Translations under genes and position numbers: made by a program | Shown: one piece after another, positions 30,218 to 40,206 of the stretch | Position numbering within the stretch: the stretch's first letter is position 1 | Layout: each line of letters begins with the position of its first letter | From: a virus | Lineage: Duplodnaviria; Caudoviricetes | Reading direction: 5' to 3' (one strand) | IMG/VR virus record: IMGVR_UViG_3300020177_000966 | DNA: 64,000 nt | The notes under the pieces: model-generated | Database searches by the model: none | Seen by the model: the letters and a program-made list of their open reading frames with translations, nothing else | What the model was told of the DNA's origin: nothing

Positions 30218-33200
30218 CTATATTGTCAATGCAAGTTTAATTGCAATCTCCTCTGCATCATTAAATGTAACAGCACCTGTTGCACCTGCTACTGACACCC
30301 AGTTATTCGAAATATCATAAATTTCAACTCTGTCTTCAACACTGTTGTACCTCATCATACCTGTTTCTGGTGTTGGGTGTCTATTAGCGTTATTACCAAC
30401 TGGAATAACAAATCCGCCTGTGCCTTCAACTTTAAAATATCCCGAACCGTTTTGTTTAAGTGTAGTAACAGCACCATCTATAGTATTAGTTATCTGATTT
30501 CCGTTGAAACTAAAGTTCTCTATGGTTACTAATCCAGTTCCGTTTGCTCTTAAATTTAGATCAGCATTTGTAGTAATTGTTTCTAAAATATTTCCAGAAA
30601 TTGCAATATCATCTACTTCTAATCGTTGTACATCAAAGCGTTCAGTAGTTACATCTGCTACTATACTTCCGTTAGCATAAAAACGTATAGTATCGTCGTT
30701 TGCGCCCGGTGTTAATTCAGCAGTAATATATGTCTGTCTATCATCTGAGTAAACGCCGCCTAAGTTAATCCAGCCTCCGTCGTATGCTTCAAATACATTT
30801 GCGTCAGTATTATAACGAATCATACCTGTTACAGGAGATAATGGACGTTCTGCTGTAGTACCTTTTGGTAGTACCAGTGCTCCAGTGCTAGTAATTTTTA
30901 CTGATTCACTACTTGGATCTAAAATAATATCACCACTTAAATTTGATATAGCATTACCGTTTAATTGAAGTTGGTCAATTATAACACTACCCGCTCCATT
31001 AGGAATAATATTAATATTACCATTACTACCAGTAGAACTAATTGTATCGTTGTCAATTGTAATATCGTCAATAATTGCTTTTCCAACGTGTGCTTCTGAC
31101 CATGCAAGACCGTTATTACCTAATTTATAAGTAACATCGGCTGCCGGAATAATATCACTGTCAATTTGTGCATTAATATTAATTACATCAGTATTTTCGT
31201 CGCCAAGTGTAATATTTCCACCAATAGTAATATTTCCTGCAACATCTAAGTTACCAGTAATATTAACATTATCAATTAAATTAATTTCACCAGTTGTAGT
31301 ATTAATATTAACATCACCACTAGTACTGTAAATAGTGTTTCCTGTAATTCTTATATTACCAGTTTCAATTTTTGTACCATCAATAATAGTTGTGTTAACG
31401 CCGTCAGTGAAAGTAATACCTTGGTTGTTGTTAAATAAGAATTCTGCATTAGTAAATGATACTTCGCCAGTTTGTTGATTAATTCTAAATAAGTCACCAA
31501 CTCTAAAATCACCTTTGTGATCAACTGTACTAAAGTAAATTTTTGCATCATTAAGTGCAACTACTTCGTTATCCTGTATAACTTCTGTTGGATCATTAGT
31601 AACTTCTTTACCTGATCCTATATATGCTAAATTTTGACCAATGGCATATACTATACTACCTGGACCATCACCATATATTCCATAGTTGCCGTAAATACAT
31701 GCACTAGAAATAGATCTTAGTTCGCCACCAAAATCGCTTTGATCAATTAATGTTAATGCTGTTGCTGTGCCACCGCCACTAAATTCAATAGTTTGAATGA
31801 AAGTGTCGTCGTCTGTAATAATTTGTGATCCGTTATTACTATCAAAGTTTAACTTTAATACTGTATATTGATCAACTACAGTTGCCGCCGTTGGCGCTGG
31901 AAAGTTTGCATTTTCTCCTATGCCTTTTCTTATACGGAAGTCGTCTATACGTCCAGCATGTCCAGTTAATCCATCATATGCGTTACCAATTATTAATGGT
32001 TTTGTTGTTCCTAAATTTGTACTAACAGTTGCAGAACCTTGTAATAGTCCGTCAACAAATAATCTTAAAGTTGTACCAACTCGTGTTACCATAATATGAT
32101 AAAACGTAGTGTTGATTAATGTAATAGCCGGTGCAATTAAAGTAGTGTTGCCAATGTCAACTTTAGGTGCTCTGTCAACTGTATAAAAGTGTAATGCATC
32201 ATCAGTTGCTGATCCTGCTCTAAAATCAAAAATTGATTCAGTACCAAGATCGTCGCTAATATAAATCCATCCTTCTACACTAAAATCTCCAGTGCCAAAA
32301 CCAAAGTCAGACTGTGTAGTAATTGTAAATCTATCATCTGTACCATCAAATAAACCAATGCCTGTTCCGTATTTTACAGGAGCAGATGTTACTGCTTGTG
32401 CGTTTCCAACTGCTGTAACTGTTTTCTTAGCTCTACTTAATGGTAGAATATAGCCGCTTGGCTTACCATCAATTATTACAGTATCAGTGTCTACACTTTC
32501 AATTGTTGATGATGCAAGTGTTGTACCGTTTGCATCTTTAAGTGTAATAGTTTGACCAGGTGCTACTGCTGATCCGCTAAATCCGGAATATTTAATTTTT
32601 GTTTTGCCGTCGCCTTTTAGACCTGCTACGCCGTCAACAATTTCAATTCCTTTATCTGCAAAGTATGTGAATGAACTTAACCATTCGACTCTACCGCCGT
32701 TAGTAATTTTTAAACCACCAACACCGGGTGTAATAAATGTTACACTATGGAATAATATCGACGCTTCTTTAGAATCTGCATTAGCAATACTGCCGTCGAC
32801 TAATGCGCCTCGGCCTGCATCACCACTTGCAAATCCTCTTGGATCATCATTAGATGTTGTAGTTCCTTTTGTGATTACACTAACGTTTTTTACGTATGGT
32901 GATCTTTCATATGTTCTAAAATTATTTGCAAAACGGAAAGCGTATCCTGTATTTGCACCACTATTGTAATAAAAATCTTTAACAGTTATGTCTTCAACTG
33001 TTGTGTCACCGTTTAATAAAAAAGCATCATTACTTTGTGTTCCACTTGTTGGAGTAATTTCTACTGAACGTATACTATGTCCTTTTACTGTAACTCCTAA
33101 CGGTACTGTTAATGGAAATGCTTCTTGATATTGTCCTGGATAAATGTAAACAGTATCACCTAAACTAGCAAGTTCTAATGCCTTTGTAATAGTTAGTACA

Positions 33201-33934
33201 GGATCTTGTGGGTGTGTGCCTGTTTGATTATCACCGCCGTTAGTAGCAACATAAATGATATTTCCTGGAATACTAATTAGGTCAATGTTACCAAAATCCA
33301 AATCATTTGTTGTTAATGTATTTGTTGTAACGTTACCAAAAAATCCAGTTGCCCAACGCTTACTCGCTGATCCAATATTATAAGTATCGTCAATATCAGG
33401 TAAAATGTTACTTGCAATGTCTGCGTTAATATAAATGTTATCAGTGTCGTCGTCGCCGATAACAATGTTGCCGTCGGCACTAATATTGCCTGTAGCATGT
33501 AAATTACCAGTAATTACAGTATTACCTACAATGTTTACGGTTCCGGTACCGTTTGCACGAATAAACAAATCACTGTTAGTATTTGTGTTTTCTAAAAAGT
33601 TATTATTAATTTCTAAGTCGCCGACTACTACTCTATTGCCTACAATAGTATTATCAGCTGTTGCGATTGCAAATTCTTGTGCAGAAGTTGAAATAGTAGC
33701 AGTGTCACCATTAATTGTAACATTACCAATATTAAAAACGTTATTTGTAATTTCTAGATCTGTTACACGGGCAATGCCTGCAACGTCTAATGCGTATTGA
33801 GGATTTGTAGTTTTTACACCGATCCGACGGTTTGTTACATCTAAGTATAAAAGGTCTGTCTCGAAGGCTAAATTCGCTCCATTGCGGAGTAAGTTATCCT
33901 TTAAGAGAGGACCCGATATGCGACCAATTGCCAT
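30218..33934 (-). CDS. Large virion protein (1238 aa) with beta-helix and LamG/concanavalin-A-like lectin domain
   Basis: MAIGRISGPLLKDNLLR start, IYVATNG..D...HP..P..TI..AL, DFGFGTGDFSVEGWIY...YHIMVTR...LRLFVDG...GRIDDFRI. Paralogue of 34072-39309. Confidence 0.85.
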   Translation of the reverse strand: MAIGRISGPLLKDNLLRNGANLAFETDLLYLDVTNRRIGVKTTNPQYALDVAGIARVTDLEITNNVFNIGNVTINGDTATISTSAQEFAIATADNTIVGNRVVVGDLEINNNFLENTNTNSDLFIRANGTGTVNIVGNTVITGNLHATGNISADGNIVIGDDDTDNIYINADIASNILPDIDDTYNIGSASKRWATGFFGNVTTNTLTTNDLDFGNIDLISIPGNIIYVATNGGDNQTGTHPQDPVLTITKALELASLGDTVYIYPGQYQEAFPLTVPLGVTVKGHSIRSVEITPTSGTQSNDAFLLNGDTTVEDITVKDFYYNSGANTGYAFRFANNFRTYERSPYVKNVSVITKGTTTSNDDPRGFASGDAGRGALVDGSIANADSKEASILFHSVTFITPGVGGLKITNGGRVEWLSSFTYFADKGIEIVDGVAGLKGDGKTKIKYSGFSGSAVAPGQTITLKDANGTTLASSTIESVDTDTVIIDGKPSGYILPLSRAKKTVTAVGNAQAVTSAPVKYGTGIGLFDGTDDRFTITTQSDFGFGTGDFSVEGWIYISDDLGTESIFDFRAGSATDDALHFYTVDRAPKVDIGNTTLIAPAITLINTTFYHIMVTRVGTTLRLFVDGLLQGSATVSTNLGTTKPLIIGNAYDGLTGHAGRIDDFRIRKGIGENANFPAPTAATVVDQYTVLKLNFDSNNGSQIITDDDTFIQTIEFSGGGTATALTLIDQSDFGGELRSISSACIYGNYGIYGDGPGSIVYAIGQNLAYIGSGKEVTNDPTEVIQDNEVVALNDAKIYFSTVDHKGDFRVGDLFRINQQTGEVSFTNAEFLFNNNQGITFTDGVNTTIIDGTKIETGNIRITGNTIYSTSGDVNINTTTGEINLIDNVNITGNLDVAGNITIGGNITLGDENTDVININAQIDSDIIPAADVTYKLGNNGLAWSEAHVGKAIIDDITIDNDTISSTGSNGNINIIPNGAGSVIIDQLQLNGNAISNLSGDIILDPSSESVKITSTGALVLPKGTTAERPLSPVTGMIRYNTDANVFEAYDGGWINLGGVYSDDRQTYITAELTPGANDDTIRFYANGSIVADVTTERFDVQRLEVDDIAISGNILETITTNADLNLRANGTGLVTIENFSFNGNQITNTIDGAVTTLKQNGSGYFKVEGTGGFVIPVGNNANRHPTPETGMMRYNSVEDRVEIYDISNNWVSVAGATGAVTFNDAEEIAIKLALTI

Positions 33935-33950
33935 CTTCTCTCCTTAATAC

Positions 33951-34043
33951 GGGGATCCTGTCCCTCTAGCCTAAATTTTCAGCTTTCGCTCTTTGCCGGC
34001 TAACCACAGTTTGTCAGCAACGGCCTGGTCTGCCCTTCGTTGC
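33951..34043 (-). promoter_or_regulatory. Candidate structured 5' leader RNA of gene 30218-33934
   Basis: Three helices lie between the late promoter (34052-34058) and the RBS: GCAACG/CGUUGC, UAGCC/GGCUA enclosing AGC-GAAA-GCU, and GGGA/UCCC. Confidence 0.55.
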
Positions 34044-34051
34044 ATTAATAT

Positions 34052-34058
34052 TATTTAT
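34052..34058 (-). promoter_or_regulatory. Late promoter (ATAAATA)
   Basis: GATAAATA lies just downstream of the stop of gene 34072-39309. Confidence 0.6.
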
Positions 34059-34071
34059 CTGATTTGGGAAA

Positions 34072-37000
34072 TTAGTCTAGGATAAGGTTGAATATATAAG
34101 CTAAATTTTCAACATCAGATGCTTCAATACTTTCAACTTCACCTGCCGCATTAATCCAGTCAGAACCGTTCCAAGTTTCTACGTATTCTAGATCTAAGTT
34201 GTATCTTGTATGTCCAACTTCAGGTATTCCAGGACGTTCTGCTGTAGTACCTTGCGGGATAACCATACCGCTTACATTATCAATTTTTAGAAAAGCTCTG
34301 TTATTAGTATTTGTTAAATTAAAGATAAAATTGGCAGCACTAGCATTAACTAACTCACTATCTCTAAAGTGAACTTCTTGTATTTTAGTGAAACCAGTAC
34401 CGTTTGATCTTAATATACTATTTCCACCTTCTACATCATTACTAACAACATTTCCGTCTATACTAAATTTATGATCACTACTAAATCCAGATGATTCAAG
34501 TAGTGTACCATTTAACGTGTGATTTGTTTGTCCGTTAGTAACAAAGTTAAATTGGTTATTACTTAGGTCTAAATATGTGTTTCTATCAGTATCATAAATA
34601 CCGTCTAAAGAAACTGCACCTAAAATTTCAGTACCTTCAAATGTATTATAAGTGGTATTATATCTAATTCCGCCTTGTACTGACGGTCTTTCAGCCGGTG
34701 ATCCTTTTGGTAAAGACAAATCACTAATAGCATTTATTCTTAAAGAATCTGTTGGAGAAAATTCTACATCTCGTTTTGTTCCGCCTAATACATTTGTAAC
34801 TTCAGTCCAGTAATCAATTGACGGACTATTTGTTATAGGAAAACCATAAGTGTTATTAATAATAATATTTCTACCAGCTACGTCTTGCAATTGCAATAAT
34901 ACATCATTATACGGATCCCATAAACTAGTAATTGTTCCAGAACGCCATTCTAAACTTCCTGCTACTGATGCTGTTAACAAATACAAATATTCATATACTA
35001 AGTTTGTGTATGATAATCCTGTTGGATCAGTGTACCATGCAAAGGGAGGATAATTATATCCAACTTGTCCGCCAGCTTGAAAGCCTCCTCGAGCCGCGTC
35101 CATTGCGTTAGTAACTGTAGACGGTCGTGTAATACTTAACGGAATATGTAAACTAGATATTTTCGGAATTAATAAGTCTTTTAGAATTTTTTCAGATGCA
35201 ATATCTCGTTGGTTTCCGACGCCGTCTCCTAAGAAGTTATTCATTTCATCTTCAAAAACACTAAATGTTCTGTTAACTTTAAATGCTCCTAATTGTGTAC
35301 TTAAACTAGACTCTTCGGCAGCATTTGCATAAACTACTATAGCAAACAATCCATCTGAAAACTCTGCATAAAGATCATTATTATCTACAACTCCGTCAAA
35401 GTTATTATCAAGATAACTTGCTAAAATATTAGCGGCATGCTTTACTGCATCTAAAGATGCTGTTGCTGTACCAAGAACTGGTATACCAAATATAGTTGTC
35501 CATTTTGGTAGCAACGATCTTAATGAATCAAATCCATTAAAGATGCTAGGAAATCCTGGATCAGTAGATGAATTTACTACGAACTCTCCTTCAGGATCAA
35601 ATTTACCTATAATTTTATTATCTTCAAATTTTAAATTATCAATGAAGACAGCGCCTGTGCCAGTTGCTAAAATATTTAAATCAGCATTAGTTTCATTAGT
35701 ACTAATTTCAGATGTTGTAATGTTAATACTGTCTGTTGCCAACAAGTCAGTATACAATTCTTTCCAACGTTTTGTTTCATTTCCTAATGTTAATCCGTCT
35801 GAATCTCCTGGAAGAAAATCTTGAGTAATGGCCATATTAAAGTCAACAGTATCATTAGGACTATCACCAATATTATTGATTGCACCGTCAACTGTTAAGT
35901 TTCCTGAAACATTCATAGAAGGTGCTGTTACGTTACCTTGTAAATTTATTACTCCAACGCTGTCAATATTTAAATTTGATCTAGTAGCTTCAATTGTATT
36001 TCCTGCAATAACAATGTTATCTAAATTAATTTGACTTGGTTGAATTGTAATTATATCGTTACCGTTTCTTAAGATTGCTGTTACATTTGTAGCAAAAATG
36101 CTTTCAATATCAAAACTAGTTCTTTCATTTTCTAAATCAACAAGGAAATTATCACCAACTCTAAAATTGCCTCGTTGGTCTTGGCTTGAATAATACACCT
36201 TTGCATTGTTTAGTTCAATAACTTCATTTTCTTGTAGAGTAAATGTATTATCGTTAGTAACATCTTTACCTGCGCCAATGTATGCAAAATTATAGTTAAT
36301 TAGATATGCTAAACAATTTTCGCCATCGGCTTCGATACCTTTGTTTCCGTATACAGATGCACTTGAAATACTTCTAAGTTCTGCTCCATATTCAATAGTA
36401 CTATCCGGTAGTAATCTTCCGGTACCTTGTGTTAGATAAAGTCCTCTATTAGCAAAATATGTAAAACTATTAAGCCATTCTATTCTTACACCGTTTGTTG
36501 CTGTTAGTGCATCAACACCTGGAGTAATAAATGTACAACTATGAAAAAGTATACTAGCAGATCTACTATTTTGTAAGACAACACTTCCGTCAACTAATGC
36601 ACCTTTACCTGCATCGCCGCTTGCAAATCCTCTTGGATCGCTCGGACTTGTTGTTGTACCTTTTGTAATAACTGTTACATTTCTGATATAAGGACTTCTT
36701 CCGGGAGTTTGTTCAAATATAGTTGTTGAGAAATTATTAGCAAAACGGAAAGCATATCCAGTGTCGTTACTACTGTTATAATAAAAATCTTTAATTGTAA
36801 TATTTTCAATCGTAGTATCACTATTAACTAAAAATGCATCGTTACTTTGTGTAGCCGACGTAGGTGATATTTCTACACTTCTTAAAGATGCTCCTTGGAT
36901 AGTAACTCCTTTAGGAACAGTTAAGGGAAATGCTTCTTGGTATTGACCTGGATAAACATAAATTAAATCGCCTGTTGTTGCAGTACTAAGTGCCTTTGCA

Positions 37001-39309
37001 ATTGTTGCAAACGGACCGCCCGGGTTTGTTCCTTCGTTATTATCATTACCGTTGTTGGTTGAAACAAAAATAATACCAACATTTTTTGTTAATTCAATTC
37101 CTTGATAAACAATACCGTTAGCTTGAACCCTGTCAGCAGTTAGTTCTTCAACTGCAATTTTAAATCTCTTACCTACATTACCTATAGTAAACGTATCTGT
37201 TTGATCTGGAATAATATCAGATTTAAAATCTGCAAAAAACGATGCAGTATCAGTACTATCGTCGCCTATGATTAATGAACTTTCATTACCGCTGATTGTT
37301 GCTTGGTGTATATAAACTCGACCAGCTTCAGTTGATCCGTCTACAGTTTCAAGAGGTGCTCCAATAATTGTATGAGCATCGTCATTAATTCCTACATTAA
37401 ATGCAAATTTATGATCAGTTCCGGGATTAGGATTAGTAACCTTCGAAACCATTAGTCCGGTATTTGTATTAAACACATATGCAATACCACTACTGTTAAA
37501 ACTAGCAGTATCTTCTCCAGGAGTTCCAACAATTGCCCATGTTCCTGAAATATCTACACTTGATCCAAACTGATCATCTTGACTGGTTCCAAAATCATTA
37601 GGGTTTGTTAATGTTAATAGCAATGCTCCCGTAGTTACGTTAAAAATATATGCCTTACCTGCATTACTATTGCTAGGCTCATCTTCACCAGGTGCACCAA
37701 CAATAATTTTATTTCCACTTAAAGATATTGCTTCACCAAATCTATCATCGGTACTTGTGCTAAATGTATTTGGATTTTGTAAAGTTCTAGATAGTGCTCC
37801 TGTAGATGCATTAAAAATGTAAACAACGCCAACTTCTGTATCAGTAGCAGTATCTTCTCCTAATGCACTTGCCGCAACATTATTTCCATCAATAGATACA
37901 ACAGTACCAAAATAGTCATTTGTTTTTGTTCCGTATACGTTAGGATTATTAATTGTTTCTTCTAATACACCAGTACTATTATTAAATACATAAATTATTC
38001 CCGAGTTATTACCTGTTGCTTCATCTTCAAATCTTGCACCTACAGCACAAAAAGTCCCACTAATAGATACTGATTGTCCAAAATAGTCATCTTGCGATGT
38101 TCCGTAGTTATTTGGATTTGATAACGTATGTAATAACGATCCAGTAGTTACATCAAATATGTATGCCCTACCTTCATTATTTCCGTATGTACTTGCACCA
38201 ACGATTGCATAGTTGCCGCTAATATGCACGGAATCACCAAATTGTGTATTTGATGCTCCTGCATCAGGATTTGATAAAGTATGTAATAATTGTCCAGTAG
38301 TGATATTATAGATATACGCTTTACCTTCACTACTAAACGATGCTGAATCTTCATCTGGTGCACCGATAATACCAAAGTTACCGGCAACTGCTACTGTTTG
38401 ACCAAAATGATCATTAGCATCAGTTCCGTAGGCATTTGGATTATTTACAGTATACCATAAAGAATATCCTTCGAATATTTGTTCTGCACCGTATGTAATA
38501 TCACCAGTAGCGTGTAAATTACCTGTTACTGTAACAGTTCCGCCTGATTGGATTTGTAATTCTCTTGGAGCACTTCGCGGATAATATTTTTTTACATATG
38601 CTTTAAATGCTTCAGGATTTGGGTGATCTGCTAGTGTTCTTGATGCTGGAAATGCAGTTCCGTTAATGAACTGTGTATTCATTGTAAGAATTTTTAAAGC
38701 ATCATCTACTTGAATATCTCCATCACCATCAAAGTCAAATGCAACTAATTCTTCAGCAGTCCAGGTACCTGCCTGTGCTCTTGCTATTGCGTCGTCATAA
38801 AGTCTATCGCCATCGTTAGGAGGAGAATCTGCACTAATCTTTGGTCCAGGGTACCAATAATTACCATAATTACCGTTATAATTCCAGGCAACTGTTTGGC
38901 CATCATAGACTTCTGATCTTAAACCAACACTATCATTAGTTCCTAATGCTATAAGACCGTCGCCCTTAACAGCAAAATTATAACTACCAATACCGTTAGT
39001 AACAATATAACCTTCGGGATGTGTTGATTTAATATTAATGTTTCCGCTTGATGTACTAATACCGGTAGTAGCAAGAGTAAGGTCGCCAATTTTTAAACTA
39101 TTATCAAAAATAATATCAGGCTCACTAGTACCTGATGATGTACGTAATGTACCGTTAATAGTTAAGTTTCTAGGAGTTGTAGTTGTATTAATACCAAGAG
39201 TATTATCTCTTTTTACAACTAAAAGGTCATTGTCAAACTTAAGATCCGAAAGTTCTCGTAATAAGTTATCTTGTAGTAATTGACCGCCTATGCGAGCGAC
39301 TTGTGCCAT
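34072..39309 (-). CDS. Giant virion protein (1745 aa) with EF-hand-like loop, 7 FG-GAP repeats, beta-helix and a peptidase-like insert
   Basis: MAQVARIGGQLLQDNLLR start, DFDGDGDIQVDD, seven FG.(S/T)V.ISG..AIVGA..ED units. Late motif at 39337-39343. Confidence 0.85.
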   Translation of the reverse strand: MAQVARIGGQLLQDNLLRELSDLKFDNDLLVVKRDNTLGINTTTTPRNLTINGTLRTSSGTSEPDIIFDNSLKIGDLTLATTGISTSSGNINIKSTHPEGYIVTNGIGSYNFAVKGDGLIALGTNDSVGLRSEVYDGQTVAWNYNGNYGNYWYPGPKISADSPPNDGDRLYDDAIARAQAGTWTAEELVAFDFDGDGDIQVDDALKILTMNTQFINGTAFPASRTLADHPNPEAFKAYVKKYYPRSAPRELQIQSGGTVTVTGNLHATGDITYGAEQIFEGYSLWYTVNNPNAYGTDANDHFGQTVAVAGNFGIIGAPDEDSASFSSEGKAYIYNITTGQLLHTLSNPDAGASNTQFGDSVHISGNYAIVGASTYGNNEGRAYIFDVTTGSLLHTLSNPNNYGTSQDDYFGQSVSISGTFCAVGARFEDEATGNNSGIIYVFNNSTGVLEETINNPNVYGTKTNDYFGTVVSIDGNNVAASALGEDTATDTEVGVVYIFNASTGALSRTLQNPNTFSTSTDDRFGEAISLSGNKIIVGAPGEDEPSNSNAGKAYIFNVTTGALLLTLTNPNDFGTSQDDQFGSSVDISGTWAIVGTPGEDTASFNSSGIAYVFNTNTGLMVSKVTNPNPGTDHKFAFNVGINDDAHTIIGAPLETVDGSTEAGRVYIHQATISGNESSLIIGDDSTDTASFFADFKSDIIPDQTDTFTIGNVGKRFKIAVEELTADRVQANGIVYQGIELTKNVGIIFVSTNNGNDNNEGTNPGGPFATIAKALSTATTGDLIYVYPGQYQEAFPLTVPKGVTIQGASLRSVEISPTSATQSNDAFLVNSDTTIENITIKDFYYNSSNDTGYAFRFANNFSTTIFEQTPGRSPYIRNVTVITKGTTTSPSDPRGFASGDAGKGALVDGSVVLQNSRSASILFHSCTFITPGVDALTATNGVRIEWLNSFTYFANRGLYLTQGTGRLLPDSTIEYGAELRSISSASVYGNKGIEADGENCLAYLINYNFAYIGAGKDVTNDNTFTLQENEVIELNNAKVYYSSQDQRGNFRVGDNFLVDLENERTSFDIESIFATNVTAILRNGNDIITIQPSQINLDNIVIAGNTIEATRSNLNIDSVGVINLQGNVTAPSMNVSGNLTVDGAINNIGDSPNDTVDFNMAITQDFLPGDSDGLTLGNETKRWKELYTDLLATDSINITTSEISTNETNADLNILATGTGAVFIDNLKFEDNKIIGKFDPEGEFVVNSSTDPGFPSIFNGFDSLRSLLPKWTTIFGIPVLGTATASLDAVKHAANILASYLDNNFDGVVDNNDLYAEFSDGLFAIVVYANAAEESSLSTQLGAFKVNRTFSVFEDEMNNFLGDGVGNQRDIASEKILKDLLIPKISSLHIPLSITRPSTVTNAMDAARGGFQAGGQVGYNYPPFAWYTDPTGLSYTNLVYEYLYLLTASVAGSLEWRSGTITSLWDPYNDVLLQLQDVAGRNIIINNTYGFPITNSPSIDYWTEVTNVLGGTKRDVEFSPTDSLRINAISDLSLPKGSPAERPSVQGGIRYNTTYNTFEGTEILGAVSLDGIYDTDRNTYLDLSNNQFNFVTNGQTNHTLNGTLLESSGFSSDHKFSIDGNVVSNDVEGGNSILRSNGTGFTKIQEVHFRDSELVNASAANFIFNLTNTNNRAFLKIDNVSGMVIPQGTTAERPGIPEVGHTRYNLDLEYVETWNGSDWINAAGEVESIEASDVENLAYIFNLILD

Positions 39310-39344
39310 TAGGTTCCCTCTCTAACTTCTTACTTGTATTTATT

Positions 39345-39848
39345 TTACTTGTCGAAGTTATGTAGTACTTGGACAACCTTACCAGTAGGGACAGCTGAAC
39401 CAAATGATAGATATGTTCCTGGAGTTTTTCCTGCTGGATTTTGCACAAGAGAATAGTTAGTGTTTGCTAACTGAAAAACGTTTTCAATAGTTACTAAAAT
39501 GTTATTTTCAGATACCGGTATAGGATAGTAACTATCGTTTGAATCTAGTGGTCCAAATAATGTTTCAACTCCGTCACCGTTTCCTAAATTTTGTTGATGA
39601 ATAACAGTAGGTTCTCTAAATCTAATAGGTTTCCATGCCGCATTTTGTCTTACTTCAAAGTCTCCGGTATCAGTATTATATCTAACCATACCTTCTGTTG
39701 GAATAAACGGTCTGTCGTTTTGCGTTCCTTTAGGAACAATCACAGCTGAATTAGTATTCATTGTGATTAAACCAAGAGAGTCTACGTTTACTCCTTTTGT
39801 GTCGGCATTAATTCCTCTAGATGTTGTTTGTGCTTTAATAAATCGCAT
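39345..39848 (-). CDS. Virion structural protein (167 aa)
   Basis: PKGTQNDRP..EGMVRYNT fibre repeat and GNGDGVETLFGPL...ILVTIENVFQ domain. Confidence 0.7.
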   Translation of the reverse strand: MRFIKAQTTSRGINADTKGVNVDSLGLITMNTNSAVIVPKGTQNDRPFIPTEGMVRYNTDTGDFEVRQNAAWKPIRFREPTVIHQQNLGNGDGVETLFGPLDSNDSYYPIPVSENNILVTIENVFQLANTNYSLVQNPAGKTPGTYLSFGSAVPTGKVVQVLHNFDK

Positions 39849-40195
39849 TATACTTCCAAATAACTAACTGTAGCAAGTAAATATTCTTTACCTGCTTGTC
39901 CCATAGCTACAATACTGTCTCCTTCTTCCAATACAATCTTTTCTGTATCAAAAGAAAATGTATCAGCACCTGCTACTTTTAAATCATTTAATATTTGATT
40001 AGAGTTTGGATCTGCATATCCTTTTGTTTGGCCGCTTGGAATAAAATGTAGATCAAAAGTTGCATCATTGCCGCCGCCTGTATCTGCAGGTTGTGAATTG
40101 CAAACCATAATAGTAGTAATAGCATATCTTTTACCTGCTGGAACTGTTAACAACGTTGTATCTGAAGAAGTAATTTTTTTATTTGTAATTGCCAT
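39848..40195 (-). CDS. Small beta-sandwich-type virion protein (115 aa), family member 3
   Basis: LLTVPAGKRYAITTIMVCN...EKIVLEEGDSIV pattern. Confidence 0.7.
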   Translation of the reverse strand: MAITNKKITSSDTTLLTVPAGKRYAITTIMVCNSQPADTGGGNDATFDLHFIPSGQTKGYADPNSNQILNDLKVAGADTFSFDTEKIVLEEGDSIVAMGQAGKEYLLATVSYLEV

Positions 40196-40206
40196 TTGTT
40201 TTTCCT

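Noticed and set aside
33975-34000. c-di-GMP-I riboswitch (GGCAAA...GAAA)
   Set aside because: Only partial resemblance; the GACGCAAAG segment and tetraloop receptor are absent. Kept as an unassigned leader.
19732-39283. Numerous 60-155 aa plus-strand and off-frame ORFs inside the giant virion genes
   Set aside because: They lie wholly within well-supported CDSs and reflect codon bias of Gly/Thr/Val-rich genes.
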